DNA from: Podarcis melisellensis
Lineage: Eukaryota
DNA length: 64,000 bases
NCBI GenBank assembly: GCA_964234715.1
Contig: OZ174277.1
Direction: 5' to 3' (one strand)
The translations under genes were made by a program, and so were the position numbers. The notes below the pieces were generated by a model, which ran no database searches, had not been told where the DNA came from, and saw only the letters and a list, made by a program, of their open reading frames with translations. Below, piece by piece: positions 61,934 through 64,000 of this stretch; within the stretch, counting starts at the first letter, position 1, and each line of letters starts with the position of its first letter.

Positions 61934-64000
61934 ATTAATGTACCACAGTCCTAAGAAGAAATATGCTACAAGTATACTGCAGAACAAGCAGTATTAAGCC
62001 GTCCATATTCATAATTTGTGTCTGACCAAGTTCTGTATTGTATTTCATAATCTAAATGAGTAGATGCATCTCACAGAATGCTACCTAATCTGCAGGACCA
62101 GAAAAGATTTGCAAGGAGTCCTGGTGGCAGCATGCTTTATGACGTATCTCAGACGTGAGCAAAGGCTACAGAGGTAGCATGGGCTGGCCCTACTGCTCTT
62201 TATTCTTTAGCTAGACTACAGGTAGACTCCCTTCTGGTCCAGACTCAATGAGAAAGGCTATGGCCTCATCTCCACATTTGTAGCAGTATCATGCCACTTT
62301 AAACAGTCATGGCTTCCTTCAAGGAATTCTGGGAGCTGGAGTTTGTTAAGGGTGCCCCACCTTGGCTGGGGCTGATGGAGCTTCTGGTTCAAAACATCTG
62401 GCAACCCACATTTGCTACCCATGTAGTAGAGGCGTACCCCTTGCCTTGCACATGTTCCCAAAGAGGACCAGAAGCCACCACGTCATACCAATCCATCCAC
62501 AGTGGCAGCACCTATCAGTCATCTTGCTTCCTTTGGGAACCATTTCCTTTGCTTCCTCTCAAGGAATAACAGCCTCTGAATGCACCAAAATCAGGAACAA
62601 TGCTGAAAGCAAACTTTCGGGTTTTGAAAATCCACAGGAGAAAACAGGAGATGATACCTTAAACAAGACAGCCACACACCCCACTGATTCTACCAACATT
62701 TATAGCCACAAGAATGTTCGCTGTATCGGATTTATTTGAGCATCCATTAAATAAATGCCAGTCTCCAGCGTAAGACGTAAACTCAAACACAGCAACAGTT
62801 CCGCCCTTCCTGCAACAGTTGGCAAGCATGTTAAGTGGAATCAAACTAGACAGCAAAGGAACCTTTCTTGTGCCAAGTTAGGCCACTGGCCCTTCTGTCT
62901 AAGTATTTACACTGGCAGAAGCTCTTTAGGGTTTCAGACGGGAGCTGTTTTCTCAGCTCTACCTGAAGATGACAGGGATTAAACCTGGGAATTTAGCAGA
63001 CCCACCTGTGCATATTATAAACTGATTCTTAAATAACCAATTCATAAGGTGTTTTTTTTTAAAAGTGATACAGAAATATAAACCAGACATTGGTCTAAGC
63101 ACACCTGTCATAGACTAATACCTTTCCATCTAACTTTCTCTTACAAATGATCCAACGATGCTGAATGCTCTGAGGCCAACTCACTTTGCCCGATATAAGA
63201 AGCAAACAGTATACAAAGCGATGGCCTGATTCAATGCTATCTGGGCCAGAAAGGACTAACACACATTCCTATATGGTTTTGCTTCAGTATAAACCATTGG
63301 CTACAGTGTACCCAGAAGTCACTATGAATTTCTGTCCCATCATACCTTTAAAATTTGGGAGGGACTGTGCATATATTTTCTAATTGGGGAGCTAGTCTCA
63401 TACTTCATGAGGTTGCTGGCAGTGTTTAAACTTTGCAGGTTAAAGAGTCCTATGCAAAAGAACTCCACGTGTTCTCCCAAAAACTGTGACGTCCAATGAT
63501 CCCTTCTAGCTCTTGACTGTCTACTGAGGCTCTTACTACTCCAATTGGGCATGGCTCTCTTCTGGGTCTTAGTCGGAAATCATCCCCACATGTGCTACAT
63601 GAGACCCTTTTAATTTTAACTTAAAGTGCCACTGGCTTAAAACCGGAACCAATAACTGAGAGAGATGGCAATGATGCAGCACAAGTGAGTACAGGTATGT
63701 GCATAATTCAGGCCCCTGGGCAACTCTGGGAGGAAGGTTGGGTATAAATTTAATTAATTGAGTTAAAATGCAGGCTTCGAGGACATTCTCTGAACACTTC
63801 TTAAGTTTGGCAGACACAGAATTTCCAATAAACTATTTTACTTGAATCTATCCTGCAGCTGATAATTTTGAATAAACGTATAGTTTATAAAATGTAATAA
63901 TAATTCAGGCAATATTTGGAAACTAATGCATTGCTTCTGAAAAAGATGTCACACACTAGCATACAGTCAGGAAATTAAAGGAAACTACAGTATGAGACAA

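Noticed and set aside
50169-64000. ASAP2 exon 1 or promoter
   Set aside because: No MPDQISVSEF-like coding segment or CpG island found; this region is intron 1.

Overview
Vertebrate genomic DNA, almost certainly a squamate and probably a lacertid lizard (inferred from Sauria SINE, BovB, CR1 and L2 content). The whole window lies inside one minus-strand gene, ASAP2 (BAR-PH-ArfGAP-ankyrin-SH3). I traced 20 constitutive coding exons, equivalent to exons 2-21 (50168 down to 883; 2004 nt = 668 codons). All have GT-AG boundaries and consistent phases. Exon 1 lies beyond 64000 and the Pro-rich/SH3 exons lie below position 1. A 9-nt SRR microexon with SRRM4-type UGC and RBFOX UGCAUG motifs sits at 25184-25192. 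Introns are dense in transposons: about 17 TA-flanked MITEs with CAGTGGTACC-type ends, hAT MITEs, Sauria and other tRNA SINEs, and 3' fragments of BovB, CR1, L2 and L1. Most interesting: (1) a TE-poor part of intron 11 with a phase-consistent chain of candidate cryptic exons that could remodel or truncate the PH domain with a hydrophobic tail (speculative); (2) a chimeric MITE at 32.5-33.0 kb that copied part of another MITE plus ~100 bp of its flank from 27 kb away; (3) inverted MITE pairs bracketing exons. Most ORFs in the supplied track are chance ORFs or exon read-throughs. TE family names come from recognised hallmarks, not database searches.
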